A stretch of DNA of 64,000 bases. It comes from a virus. Taxonomy: Duplodnaviria; Caudoviricetes. This document shows positions 32,001 through 41,453 of this stretch, one piece after another; position 1 is the first letter of the stretch; the number at the start of each line of letters is the position of its first letter. The stretch lies in IMG/VR virus record IMGVR_UViG_3300031993_000016; one strand, given 5' to 3'. A model generated the notes under the pieces. The model saw only the letters and a program-made list of their open reading frames with translations. It was not told where the DNA came from and did no database searches. The position numbers were made by a program, and so were the translations under genes.

Positions 32001-32850
32001 CTAATCTGTGCATATTCTGACATACAGAAATGAGAGGAAATTCAACATTCCAAACAAGATCTGCAATCTTTTCAAGATGCGCTTTTTTGCATTTAGGGTG
32101 ATCTTTAGTTACATAAGGAAGTTGCCATTTGAATAAATCATAAGTAATTTTAGCATCGTTAGCTGCATATAATTTAGCTACTTCTGGTTTACAATATGGA
32201 AACATCTGAGGTGTAAAGAAATCGCTGAATTTCTTTGGATCACCGGCGCCCTTTAATACATACTTATTATAAAGACCTTTCAGTGTATTATCTAATTCGT
32301 TCTCCTTAAGGCATCTCCATGCAAGGATCACGTCATAGTAACATCTATCATTGAAATCTACTTTGAGGTCTTTGTATATCATAGCTAAGTCGAAATCTGC
32401 GTTTGCAAAAATCAACTTAATATTAGAATCTGCAAGTCGTTGGAACTCTATAGTGACGTCCTCATAAGATAATTGATTCTTATAAGGTTCGTCAAATATA
32501 GGTACAAGATGTTTCATCGGTATATAACATTCTACACCACCTGGGTAGTATAATGATGCACCTACAATAGTATCATGAATTCTGTCAAGGCCTGTAGTCT
32601 CTGTATCAATACCCGCATAGCCTGATTCTATAGCTTCATCAATATACTCGTGCAATTGATCTCGGCTTTCAATGAGAATAGCAAGGGAATCTTGGAAATA
32701 ATCTAGCACAGCTTGTGACATTTCATTTAGATCTGCGGTGATATTCTTACGTGTGGTTGACTTAGTAGGTGTATTAAGCTCTTTACTCTTTGCAGCTATT
32801 TGATTAATTTGTTCTAGTTGAGATTTGCTAAATAATCCCAAATATACCAC
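29056..32850 (-). CDS. polA: Family A DNA polymerase with 3'-5' exonuclease, intein-containing
   Basis: IDTETTG, TGRLSS, SDYSRQE, R..AKTILLGISYG, NSIIQGSAAD, IHDE. Confidence 0.95.
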   Translation of the reverse strand: MVYLGLFSKSQLEQINQIAAKSKELNTPTKSTTRKNITADLNEMSQAVLDYFQDSLAILIESRDQLHEYIDEAIESGYAGIDTETTGLDRIHDTIVGASLYYPGGVECYIPMKHLVPIFDEPYKNQLSYEDVTIEFQRLADSNIKLIFANADFDLAMIYKDLKVDFNDRCYYDVILAWRCLKENELDNTLKGLYNKYVLKGAGDPKKFSDFFTPQMFPYCKPEVAKLYAANDAKITYDLFKWQLPYVTKDHPKCKKAHLEKIADLVWNVEFPLISVCQNMHRLGMYVDKTTTPVLLERYTKKRAAEMDILSAMVDDELAKSTTIPAFSKKPFTSGSTFNPKSPPHVKYLLYTVMNLPQGKNGGSTDKTVLAEMNLPITNQILKVRSLGVLISTFVEKMPNATTADSRIHARFSSVGAACITGDSLIPTDSGYYTIEELTNKSNVIDLPDGEFAEVHGIQIINKDQSLESASHCVCYHNVSTIKVTTELGLVLEGTPNHPIMVSKYTASERSSYLMYNYKGEYPRLHSLWEDRRFKQLDELKINDLIEIPCNFKVTGSYQQTNLVLTAVRNHTSVEAQLPDIFNEEFAEFLGMYHADGSAACREGTYTIALSNDDPDVYTRYSELAKSLFNVTTCQCAKQRENHEVETYIDCMQLRDLDHILCHGTRNKKIPDAIYKSPSSVINAYIKGMTLDSTVYVDENERVAFELSILNEQDARFVQQYLISQGIYSHISYNVKGVTDMFLCLVFNADNYLLFRDHIGFIETKKIKDTKPCVKNQYWHRRVGDSFYVKVKKIEHSVNDVYDFVVPETHSFISNGMISHNTGRLSSSEPNVMNIPSNAHDIRHMFRATPGYVMLSSDYSRQEPAITAFVSGDKGMLDSFIQNRDIYASIASLAFNVPYEKCLEFHPDTHEYQPDGKARRGEAKTILLGISYGRAIPSIAEQLYNSRDDMTDEEKIKGAQKVYDSVMNAFPGLRKIMLASQKFVVTHGYTETILGRRRHLPDMQLPEYEFKPLAGYVNPDIDPLDPETLKNKSDIPERIKASLLKEFKGYKYFGQVANRMKQLHDGEHIKVINNRSKIQDATRQILNSIIQGSAADMSKLAILNLCNDPDWLRIGGRLLTPIHDELCCEVPIEHWKEGGEILSRCMIEAASFLPFNMTCDVTTTLRWYGLEYPCKYPKPESLENLSPEEIKWVQYQLYENEYILPVYKDENGEKPRGDAALGVNGIESDEYFAAIEDYKRRYHIESDIQFIEHIEHKVIYGESL
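30388..31596 (-). mobile_element. Intein (403 aa) with LAGLIDADG endonuclease in polA
   Basis: CITGDS start, TPNHP, FLGMYHADG, YIKGMTLDS, VYDFVV...NGMISHN/T. Confidence 0.92.
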
Positions 32851-32872
32851 CTCGTTCCGATTAAAAATAGAA

Positions 32873-32911
32873 GTAAGTACGCAGAATACTGGAACTATCC
32901 TGCGTACTTAT
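32873..32911 (-). terminator. Hairpin/terminator between SSB and polA
   Basis: TAAGTACGCAG...CTGCGTACTTA inverted repeat, followed by a T-rich tract on the minus strand. Confidence 0.6.
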
Positions 32912-32940
32912 ATGGAGGAAAAGATGTAAGTATATGATCA

Positions 32941-33672
32941 TTAGAATGATACATCATCTACATCATCACCTTCGTCATTACCTTCTGCAAAATCTTCCGG
33001 AGGTAACATAGTATCCTGCGGTACAGCTTCGTATACCGGCGGAATCATATCAGACGAGGTAGATGTTGCAGAAATGTTTCTTGGAGTTACAGAATAATCT
33101 GGAAGATCATCACTGTAGTTTGATGTGTCAGGTTTAGCTAGCAGATCACTAAGTTTAGCTGCATCAAATTCTTTACAGATTGTATCATAGTGGTCTGGCA
33201 TCTTAATACCAAATCTACTAAGGATCTGATCATAAGACTCCTGAGAATTCTTTCCAATGACTGTAATTTCATACGTGGTATTTATATCACCTGCAACCCC
33301 ATGACGAGTTATGCGGAATACATATTCACTCGGGTTTGGAAACTTGCTGAATACATCAGAACTAAGCTGATTTTCAAACTTAACCGATCTGTCCCAGAAC
33401 TGAATCTCATTTTCTGTAAGATTGTACACAGGTACAAACAGCTTTGTCTGCACCCTAATACCCTTACCGCATGCTGGGCAACCTCTGCCAGTACAATGAA
33501 CATATCCAGAATATTCGGCTGACTTGATATAATGTGTATCACCGACTAATACGTCTTCAACACCTCTATACAGAAATATTACATCTGCAGAATCATTGTC
33601 GTTGACTAATCTGAATAGTCCACCATACCTCTCTTCATTATACTGCTTTACACTTTTAAATGCCATGTTCAT
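32941..33672 (-). CDS. Single-stranded DNA binding protein (gp32-like)
   Basis: HY...CTGRGCPAC Zn site, FRITRHG...TTY, acidic tail ending DDVSF. Confidence 0.75.
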   Translation of the reverse strand: MNMAFKSVKQYNEERYGGLFRLVNDNDSADVIFLYRGVEDVLVGDTHYIKSAEYSGYVHCTGRGCPACGKGIRVQTKLFVPVYNLTENEIQFWDRSVKFENQLSSDVFSKFPNPSEYVFRITRHGVAGDINTTYEITVIGKNSQESYDQILSRFGIKMPDHYDTICKEFDAAKLSDLLAKPDTSNYSDDLPDYSVTPRNISATSTSSDMIPPVYEAVPQDTMLPPEDFAEGNDEGDDVDDVSF

Positions 33673-33725
33673 ATTCTCCTTTCATTGACATTTATTGATA
33701 CATATATCATAACGATTTTACTCTG

Positions 33726-34139
33726 TTACAACGACCATGTTGCAAGAGAATCGTTAGTTTCGCGTAGTTTAACTTCAATAACACGAACGCATGGCTCATG
33801 TCTATTAAGCAAATCTTGTAACTCACAAGCAAGACTCTCGCACAAACTTTCAATAGTAAGTCTGTGTGATCTATAAGTTACAGGTATACCACATACTTTC
33901 ATACACTCAGCTACTGCATGTTCTTCTTGTATGGAATCTGTACCAATTAAAAATGATTTATCTGGGCAGATACTTTTCACATGTTTTGCTAAAACTTTGT
34001 AGTCTATGACCTGACCTTCATTCTTATATCGTTCAGGGCCATCAACGGTAACTTCTAATTTATATCTGTGTGCGTGTAACTCTGAATTCTGTATATAACA
34101 TGATTCAAATTCACATCTATATGAAACTGTTGCTCCCAT
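33726..34139 (-). CDS. Degenerate QueD/6-PTPS-like paralogue
   Basis: LHAHRYKLEVTV, IDY, TIESL, LRET; lacks the FxAAH His and the Cys before LHGH. Confidence 0.7.
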   Translation of the reverse strand: MGATVSYRCEFESCYIQNSELHAHRYKLEVTVDGPERYKNEGQVIDYKVLAKHVKSICPDKSFLIGTDSIQEEHAVAECMKVCGIPVTYRSHRLTIESLCESLACELQDLLNRHEPCVRVIEVKLRETNDSLATWSL

Positions 34140-34148
34140 ATATCCTCC

Positions 34149-34583
34149 TTATTCTGCATATACTCTAGCTTCATCTCCACCATACTCATACATGACGAAA
34201 TATTCATCACCTACAGCATCTTTGACGATTTTCTTGCAACGCTTGTGCTCGTATTCACCATCAATCTCACGACGACGTTCAAGATATGTAACTGTATCAT
34301 CAGTACGTGCAACTACAATCAACGTAGCTACACCACCTGTGAACCAATCTGTAAATTCGTATGTATCATCAATTTTGAATACTTTAGGTACATCTCTAAT
34401 CTCTTCAACATCGTCTATGAAATTATGAATATCATAGAATTCATCATATTCACCCTGACCAGGTGAAAAATATGAATCCGTCATATCGACTCCACCAAAA
34501 CCTTCAGGAAACTGCTCAGTTAAATCGGGTATGTAGCTCATATTTACACCTCCATCATCATGCAAAAGACTCTCTATACTCAC
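34149..34583 (-). CDS. Hypothetical acidic protein
   Basis: ORF in operon; probable start MSYIP. Confidence 0.5.
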   Translation of the reverse strand: MSIESLLHDDGGVNMSYIPDLTEQFPEGFGGVDMTDSYFSPGQGEYDEFYDIHNFIDDVEEIRDVPKVFKIDDTYEFTDWFTGGVATLIVVARTDDTVTYLERRREIDGEYEHKRCKKIVKDAVGDEYFVMYEYGGDEARVYAE

Positions 34584-35445
34584 CGAAAAGATCTCTAAGG
34601 AAATTTATGATTTCGGCTCTCTCATCTGGACTGATACTCTCATGATCTTCCTTTGAAAACTTCTTAGCACCTTTGTATGTATCCTTAACATATTCACGAT
34701 ACTCGATCTTATATGTGTCATCACCTAAATAAGTTTCTGAAATGATTTCAGTAGCGCCTTCAGTACCAGAAGGATACTTTGTATGAGAATGTATAGCATT
34801 TCGTGCATACTTGTCAACCTTACACTTATGCTTCTTCCACTTCATCCTCCACGGTTCATTAGCCTTTGGGAGATCTGCTTCTTCATCTGTCCAATCATAC
34901 TCTTCACCAATAAGTTCAGCTACTACTATGATGGTCTTACGTCCACGAGATTCAATAGCTCGCCAGATCCTTGCTTCTGCTTCAGCAGCAATGTGTGCTT
35001 CGATGGTGTGATTAGTATCTGCAAAAGTATCGAATAAATCAAACTCACCATCTGAAGAATTCTGAATGTTGCTGCATTCGTTCTCATAAGCCTTCTTGTA
35101 GCGATTAGGATCTCTACAGAGGCAGTAAAGGCAGTTATAAACTACCTTATAGATGTATCCTGGTGTAAACTTCTTACTATCGGCCTTTATAAGCTCTACA
35201 TTCTTCTGCAGGTACTGGAGCACTTCCGCTACACCATCGGCTTCTGTTGAGTAGACACTCTTAAGCTTATACCAAGCAAGTGTAATCTGTTCGAAAAACT
35301 GGCAATATAAAACCGCTGCCTTAAGGTCGTCAGCTACTTCGAGCCACGCTTCATAAGACAACGGTGCGTTGTAATTTACATACTGGGAAAAAAGTTCACG
35401 AGTTGTATAAAGATCAGACTTTGTAGACATATGAAATACCTCCAA
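34558..35445 (-). CDS. Phage sigma-factor-like protein (ECF-like region 2)
   Basis: EADGVAEVLQYL...FTPGYIYKVVYNCLYCLCR resembles sigma region 2; GEFDLFDTF; own sigma-A promoter. Confidence 0.55.
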   Translation of the reverse strand: MEVFHMSTKSDLYTTRELFSQYVNYNAPLSYEAWLEVADDLKAAVLYCQFFEQITLAWYKLKSVYSTEADGVAEVLQYLQKNVELIKADSKKFTPGYIYKVVYNCLYCLCRDPNRYKKAYENECSNIQNSSDGEFDLFDTFADTNHTIEAHIAAEAEARIWRAIESRGRKTIIVVAELIGEEYDWTDEEADLPKANEPWRMKWKKHKCKVDKYARNAIHSHTKYPSGTEGATEIISETYLGDDTYKIEYREYVKDTYKGAKKFSKEDHESISPDERAEIINFLRDLFGEYRESFA

Positions 35446-35513
35446 TTTTGAAATTTGTTGACGTCTTCGATAAGTATTGATATATTATTTCGTATGACGT
35501 TGCTATGTATATT

Positions 35514-35542
35514 ATTATAGACGGATTTTGACCAAAAATCAA
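35514..35542 (-). promoter_or_regulatory. Sigma-A promoter TTGATT-N17-TATAAT
   Basis: Direct read of minus strand upstream of 34558..35445. Confidence 0.8.
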
Positions 35543-35559
35543 GCCCAATTTTAAATATT

Positions 35560-35910
35560 TTAACGATTTTCTTCTAACTTGTTGTATTCTGCCGTGAAGT
35601 CTGTTTCAAATATCTCCATCCACTTCTTCAACCCATGTTCATACGTTTTAACATCACTTTTCTTCAACTTACGAGCTATCCAAGCTTCTTGTGCTGCAGA
35701 TTTAAGTTGAAGATCCTTGTATTGACCTAGTTTACTATGAACACCTTCTGGGCCTCGATGACAGCTAGAGCATAAACCTACAAGTAGATGATACTGTGTA
35801 GCTAGACTTCGCTTCTCTTTACTACCATGAATGCAATGATGTAATTCAACATTGTCCATGCTCCCGCACAAACAGCAAACTTCTAAGTTACCTGTTACTA
35901 TACTTCGCAT
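35560..35910 (-). CDS. Zn-binding HNH-like nuclease
   Basis: CCLCG..VELHHC...LVGLCSSCH. Confidence 0.7.
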   Translation of the reverse strand: MRSIVTGNLEVCCLCGSMDNVELHHCIHGSKEKRSLATQYHLLVGLCSSCHRGPEGVHSKLGQYKDLQLKSAAQEAWIARKLKKSDVKTYEHGLKKWMEIFETDFTAEYNKLEENR

Positions 35911-35924
35911 TAAGCATCACCCTT

Positions 35925-36155
35925 TCAAGAATTTGATTCTTTGCGTAATTTATATATATGTAAGATTAAGCATGCTCCGTTCAGTAACCATACGCTAAAT
36001 GCACCGATCAACAACCCATATGTTACAAACAGTATACACCCAACTATGTTGATATAGCGTATCTTCTTAACATCCGATTGAGTGAAGCTGATAAGTACTA
36101 AAATTGTAGCTAATATGCCTATGATTTCTTTCCAACTGTTTATCATGAAAATCAC
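35925..36155 (-). CDS. YgjV-like small membrane protein
   Basis: IIGILATILVLISF...IRYINIVGCILFVTYG...LLN, three transmembrane segments. Confidence 0.65.
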   Translation of the reverse strand: MIFMINSWKEIIGILATILVLISFTQSDVKKIRYINIVGCILFVTYGLLIGAFSVWLLNGACLILHIYKLRKESNS

Positions 36156-37150
36156 TCCCTTTCAGCATACAGCTGATCAAATTCTTCTTTAGTTAAATCG
36201 TTCAGGTCTTTACCATCAGGCATTGGGATGACCCATACAAACGCAACAGATTGTAACTGCTTTTTTAATTTCTGTGCAGCATGTCTACCAGCATCATCTC
36301 CATCAGTACAAATTACAAACTCATCCATACCTAATTGCTTAAGTTGTTGTATTTGATATGAATTACCGGTACCTAGTAAGCCAACTGCAGGTTTTCCATA
36401 TATTACGCTTGTAAGCGTATTGATGCAACTTTCACAAATCACTAATGAATGAGTGCCTTCTGGGATCATATCAATGCCATATACAGGTTTAGTTACGCCT
36501 TGTGGGTAATTGTATAGTTTTCCTTGTATACTACGTCGACATAGAAACAATGTATTACCTGAAGCATCCCGTATAGGGAATGTGATGCAAGGCACAGGTT
36601 TAACTCTACCTGGAGGTACCCACTTAGCATCATATCCTACATCATATTTCTCAATGATTTCATCTGTGAGTTTTCGCTCATACATGTAAGGTACAATAAA
36701 TCTATAAGATGCTAATTCTCCCTCACTAATGTAATCAGGCTGTGGTTGTGTTATCTTCTGGATATAATCAATCGCATACTTGTTGTTTATTGCATCCATC
36801 ATGGATTCTGGTATGAGATAATCAAAATCAGCTTCCGGATCATATCCAGGCACATTTGCAATAAGCCATTCTTGCCCCGTCATTTTGATATCATGAAGCT
36901 TAAGTATCTCAGTAACAAGTTTAACTAAATTGCCAGAAGCACCACATGCAAAGCAATGATACATACCTGCAGGATAACTCTGACCGCCTCGATATTGATC
37001 ATGTAAGCTTATACCAAACGATGGTTTCTTTTCGTTACCACCACCATGAAATGGACATTTGCATTGATACCAATCTTGCATCTGCTTAGTAGGATGTAAC
37101 AATCCATGAGCTTCAAGTATATTTACAATCTGAATTATATCTACTGCCAT
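36152..37150 (-). CDS. dnaG: DNA primase (Zn finger + TOPRIM)
   Basis: CPFH..E.KPSF, CFACG, ICE, DGDDAG, KDLND. Confidence 0.9.
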   Translation of the reverse strand: MAVDIIQIVNILEAHGLLHPTKQMQDWYQCKCPFHGGGNEKKPSFGISLHDQYRGGQSYPAGMYHCFACGASGNLVKLVTEILKLHDIKMTGQEWLIANVPGYDPEADFDYLIPESMMDAINNKYAIDYIQKITQPQPDYISEGELASYRFIVPYMYERKLTDEIIEKYDVGYDAKWVPPGRVKPVPCITFPIRDASGNTLFLCRRSIQGKLYNYPQGVTKPVYGIDMIPEGTHSLVICESCINTLTSVIYGKPAVGLLGTGNSYQIQQLKQLGMDEFVICTDGDDAGRHAAQKLKKQLQSVAFVWVIPMPDGKDLNDLTKEEFDQLYAERE

Positions 37151-37168
37151 TCAGATCACCTCGCGTAA

Positions 37169-37390
37169 TTATTCAGATTCAATTGGGCGATTATAGTAAT
37201 CCCAGGACATACTACTACCATTAGACTCATGGCAATAAGGGCAAATATCTTCGGATCTATCTCGAAATCCTGCTATCTGTTCCTCACTTACTTGTCTGTA
37301 CTTCTTACCACAATGCGAACACGTTACAATCTCTTCATAAGTTTCAAGTTCTCGATCTTCCCAATCGCCATCTTCATTAAAAAATCCCAT
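37169..37390 (-). CDS. Zn-ribbon protein
   Basis: CSHCG...CPYC; GGGAG RBS. Confidence 0.6.
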   Translation of the reverse strand: MGFFNEDGDWEDRELETYEEIVTCSHCGKKYRQVSEEQIAGFRDRSEDICPYCHESNGSSMSWDYYNRPIESE

Positions 37391-37393
37391 GAT

Positions 37394-38260
37394 TCAATCT
37401 CTCCCTTCTATTAATTCGAACTGTAATCCTTTAACATCTACACCTTCACTAGCAGACCGCTTGATAGTGCTACTATCTAAATTATATCGAAGTGCAGCTT
37501 CGGCTAAACTTCGATATTCAGTACCGTCAGTGACGCACCTTACAGGTATCCCACATATCTGTTTTGAAAGTTCTCCGCAAACTTTTGGATTTCTCAAACC
37601 TAATTCTATTGAATGTTGAAGGTTCTCTATGTTAGTGACCCATTCTAGATTTTCAACATTGTTGTTGATCTTATTCCCGTCTCTGTGATTAACCTGAGGC
37701 AAATTTCCTGGATTTGGTATGAAAGCTGATGCTACTAATCTATGTACGCTACACAATTTTGATTCACCTCTCACTGACAGCATACAATGTTCATATCCGT
37801 CAGCACCTACATGAAGCTTTAGCTCATGCACATCTCTAAACACAACTCCGCCGTTGTAACTAACTAAGCGGCCGACACTTCGTATCTTGCCATACCTACT
37901 CGCCTGATAGCTGCCTTCATAGCCTGGTATAGATTTCCAAATCTCATCATCCACAACTTCTGGAGATACTATAGAAAGATTACTCACTGCATCGGAATTA
38001 CCAGATAGATGAAATACTGGTGTATCGGGCGTATATCCTTCTAGAAATGCTTCTGCTACAAGCTTACTTACACGAATTGTAGACACGTTACCGTCTTTGG
38101 ACAAGTACACTTGACCCCGATATGGCTTCAGTACATTTTGACCTATGCGCCTCACTTCTCCTAAAGAGCTGACCTCATACAGACCTTCATAACCTTTGAC
38201 AGATCTCCATCTGCATTCGCCAGTAGATGCACTTTCAGGAATGTTGAAAAGCTTTCGCAT
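37394..38260 (-). CDS. Tandem NUMOD4-HNH homing endonuclease
   Basis: Two NUMOD4 modules; VHRLVA..FIPNP..LPQVNHRDGNK.NN..ENLEW. Confidence 0.88.
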   Translation of the reverse strand: MRKLFNIPESASTGECRWRSVKGYEGLYEVSSLGEVRRIGQNVLKPYRGQVYLSKDGNVSTIRVSKLVAEAFLEGYTPDTPVFHLSGNSDAVSNLSIVSPEVVDDEIWKSIPGYEGSYQASRYGKIRSVGRLVSYNGGVVFRDVHELKLHVGADGYEHCMLSVRGESKLCSVHRLVASAFIPNPGNLPQVNHRDGNKINNNVENLEWVTNIENLQHSIELGLRNPKVCGELSKQICGIPVRCVTDGTEYRSLAEAALRYNLDSSTIKRSASEGVDVKGLQFELIEGRD

Positions 38261-38270
38261 CAGCTACCTC

Positions 38271-39632
38271 CTAGAACTCAACATCTTCATCATCCCAATC
38301 ATCACCTAAATCATCATCCAACACCGCACTATCTGAAGTAGATGTATGCGTAGAAACTGTAGGCATTGATGGAACTACTGAGTTATTTATCATTGGATCT
38401 TCATCACCACCTGGCAAGTACTGCATGTTTCCTGTATTAACATCCCAAGCGTAGCTGAGAATAGGTTTTTGATTGTTTGCATTTCTTGCTTTTTCAAGCC
38501 TGACGTCTAATACGTGTTTATCAAATATCTGACGAAGTGACCAAGCTTGAGTACATATGCGTGCTGGGTGATCGCTTCCCTCGCAATTGTATAGATCAGG
38601 GAATGCGACGCCCTTATCATCTAAGTTCAGCTTAGTTTCTCTATTAGCCTGCATCGCTACAACCATTGCACAACCATACTGTTTGCTTAATTTGAATAAG
38701 CCGTTACAGATGTTTTTGTACTTGATATGATCTGTAGGAGCTTTCTGTACATCAGCCATGTAAGACAAACCGTCAACAATCACAAGCTGTAAATTAAATC
38801 GCTTAATGAGATTTTCTATGTTAGCTACATTTACCTCACCTTCTGACATATCTTTATCTTCTATGACATACAGTGAAGCACTATCTTTATCAGCTTGCAA
38901 TTCTTTGATATATGTTTCATACTGTTCTGTATATTTACCTTGGAACAGCTGGCTATTTTGGAAATGACCTCTCCAAGTATCAAATCGAGTTCCGATATAT
39001 GATGATTGCATCTCAGGAGAATAATATCCAACATTAAATCCATGTTTCTGTGCAGATTCTGCTATTCTAGTTAATGTCCACGATTTTCCAATACCAGTAC
39101 GGCCTATGATGAGTAGCAACTCTTCTACCGTAGATAATCCACCATACATGAGTTTGTCTATTTCAGCAAAGCCTGTTGGTATTCTACGTTGCTTGGCAAA
39201 TTCTTTGACTTGATCAGCACGTGTTTGTGCTTCATGGATGATATCCATTGGTTTATTTTCGTCAAGTTGTGCAACTCTGTCACATTGTCTATTCAAATAC
39301 TCCCAAGCTTCTGTAACATCTTCTGAACCTAAATCTTTGATCTTGTTAAATGTCTCTCGTATCAGAATTCGTTGCTTATTTTTACGAATTTCACGGGTCA
39401 AATAAGTAAGTGGTTCATTGACTGTGATTAAGTTGATATCTGGAAATTCAGCTTGGAATGTAAAAGCATCAGGAACAACTCCGTATTGGGATAGATGATC
39501 AAATATGAATTTAATCTGATTATGAAACACGGAATAATAAGACGGGTCATAGTTGCATAATGTATCTATTTCTTGTTGATTTTCACTAGTTATAAGTTTT
39601 GAAATTATCTGAAGTTCAATTGACGCAATCAA
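38271..39632 (-). CDS. dnaB: DnaB-like replicative helicase
   Basis: IPTGF..IDKL..GGL, GRTGIGKS, SPEM, IVDG, QANR, KAR. Confidence 0.88.
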   Translation of the reverse strand: MIASIELQIISKLITSENQQEIDTLCNYDPSYYSVFHNQIKFIFDHLSQYGVVPDAFTFQAEFPDINLITVNEPLTYLTREIRKNKQRILIRETFNKIKDLGSEDVTEAWEYLNRQCDRVAQLDENKPMDIIHEAQTRADQVKEFAKQRRIPTGFAEIDKLMYGGLSTVEELLLIIGRTGIGKSWTLTRIAESAQKHGFNVGYYSPEMQSSYIGTRFDTWRGHFQNSQLFQGKYTEQYETYIKELQADKDSASLYVIEDKDMSEGEVNVANIENLIKRFNLQLVIVDGLSYMADVQKAPTDHIKYKNICNGLFKLSKQYGCAMVVAMQANRETKLNLDDKGVAFPDLYNCEGSDHPARICTQAWSLRQIFDKHVLDVRLEKARNANNQKPILSYAWDVNTGNMQYLPGGDEDPMINNSVVPSMPTVSTHTSTSDSAVLDDDLGDDWDDEDVEF

Positions 39633-40249
39633 GAATTATCACCCCCTATTCGAGAGGCTCTATTCAATAATTCTTGAAGCAATGTGGTGAACACATATTT
39701 GTTAGAATTAGTTGCACGAATGCCACCACCATAAGGTCTCACTACTATAGTAGTTAATCCTTCAGATTGTCGCTGCTGAATCAGATTCAATAAAGTTTGT
39801 GACTCAAAATCTGTAAAGCTTACATAATCTGTATTAGATATAATTAATATCTTTGCAGTATCGTGCCATATTCGCATGTACTGTAGCTCTTCGGATTCGG
39901 CACCTTTCCAGGACTTCTTTATCTCATCAATGTATTTAGAATATCTGAGATTGTATACAGTACAATGTAGTCGACTGCCTTTCCAATTTTGGCAAATTGC
40001 GCAATATGTAAGCAAATCGGCTTCATAAATTGTATTATCTTTAGCACCTACTTCATAACTGACTAACTGACCCTCACTAGCATCAAGTAACTGTAAAGTT
40101 TTTTGAATTTTATCAGGACTTGCTTTGAATACAGCATTAGTAGATTGTATACTGTTTCGCTCTAATAAATATGAAGTCTCTGCAAGTATTGGGCATGATT
40201 TATCACAAAAGTTTTCAATACAATGTGCTGTGAAGATACAATTATACAT
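39629..40249 (-). CDS. Degenerate DnaC/IstB-like helicase loader
   Basis: KILIISNTD...LLNLIQQRQSEGLTTIV matches the DnaC C-terminal half; Walker A/B missing; next to helicase. Confidence 0.5.
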   Translation of the reverse strand: MYNCIFTAHCIENFCDKSCPILAETSYLLERNSIQSTNAVFKASPDKIQKTLQLLDASEGQLVSYEVGAKDNTIYEADLLTYCAICQNWKGSRLHCTVYNLRYSKYIDEIKKSWKGAESEELQYMRIWHDTAKILIISNTDYVSFTDFESQTLLNLIQQRQSEGLTTIVVRPYGGGIRATNSNKYVFTTLLQELLNRASRIGGDNS

Positions 40250-41450
40250 TTTCTGATAACCTCCTCAACACAGGATTCCTAGTTCGCTTATAATTAACAC
40301 GAGCAGCTACACAAGATCTAGCTAGCTCAACTGCATCTGTATAACCCATTTTATTGTAATCAGCTGCTGTAGTAAATAGTGTTAAGAATGGGTCAAGTGA
40401 ACCATATATATTATAACGATGCTGTATATGTTTGATATCTCGCTCTAATAAGTATCTACGCACTACATATTCTTTGATAAATTCTTTTGTGTAAGGAATT
40501 GAAGAAGATTCAGGCAGTTGTTTCCATACATCTGAAATCTTATGCAACTCGCCATCAATTTCAATTGTACTGTAGAAACTTTCTATGTTACCGTCTACGT
40601 CTTTCTGAAGTTTAAAAAGATGTGGATATCTAATAACATTATCAATTAACTGCTTTCGAGTGAATCCATGAACAGGTAATATGAGGCCTAGCTGTGGATG
40701 CAATTCGATATCTTCACAAAGTTGATACATACATTCTGCACGTGTACGAATGAACGTGTTAGGAAATAACTTAATCAGATCTTTATCTGTCATCCGATTT
40801 ACATCCGTAGTAGCCGAAATCTCATTCTGCTTTGTAGGGATTTCGGGATAGCTGATGTATACAGTAAATACAGTACCATCAATTGCCCCAGATGCATATG
40901 CCCTAGATGAATCAAATCTAGGCACAGTAGGCGGCTGTATGTATAAATCACTTTTATCTGTTTCTTTGAATATTGTAGCAGGCTGATCAAGCGGTGTAAC
41001 TTTAATTGGATCGGTATTTGGTACATGCTTAAATCCTTTCTTCTCAGGCGAGCTAGCAGGCTCAGATGAAAGCTTTTCACTGGCTACAGCGTTTACTGCT
41101 GAATCAGATGCTTGAATTGGGACATCTACCCAATCTATATCCTTCATGTTGATATAAAAATCTTTCAGATTATCTTCAAGTATGTCTTCATCATAGTTGG
41201 TAAAAGTATTCCATGGATCTTTTGCATCCCAAGTAAGTGGTTTACTGTCTTTAGAAATATACATCCAACTGATGCAGTTAAATGCATGAATTATCTTATT
41301 CTTACAAGCATTTGTATTATCAAATATATCTATCACCTGATCTATGAATGTAGAATGCACTGTAGATAATTCACCTTTTACAGATGGTGGATATTTAATT
41401 GTACTAGTAAGCTGCAGAAATTCAAGCGGCTTCTTACGTTTACTTCCCAT
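40242..41450 (-). CDS. Hypothetical protein (replication module)
   Basis: 402 aa ORF, GGAGG RBS. Confidence 0.65.
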   Translation of the reverse strand: MGSKRKKPLEFLQLTSTIKYPPSVKGELSTVHSTFIDQVIDIFDNTNACKNKIIHAFNCISWMYISKDSKPLTWDAKDPWNTFTNYDEDILEDNLKDFYINMKDIDWVDVPIQASDSAVNAVASEKLSSEPASSPEKKGFKHVPNTDPIKVTPLDQPATIFKETDKSDLYIQPPTVPRFDSSRAYASGAIDGTVFTVYISYPEIPTKQNEISATTDVNRMTDKDLIKLFPNTFIRTRAECMYQLCEDIELHPQLGLILPVHGFTRKQLIDNVIRYPHLFKLQKDVDGNIESFYSTIEIDGELHKISDVWKQLPESSSIPYTKEFIKEYVVRRYLLERDIKHIQHRYNIYGSLDPFLTLFTTAADYNKMGYTDAVELARSCVAARVNYKRTRNPVLRRLSENV

Positions 41451-41453
41451 AGC

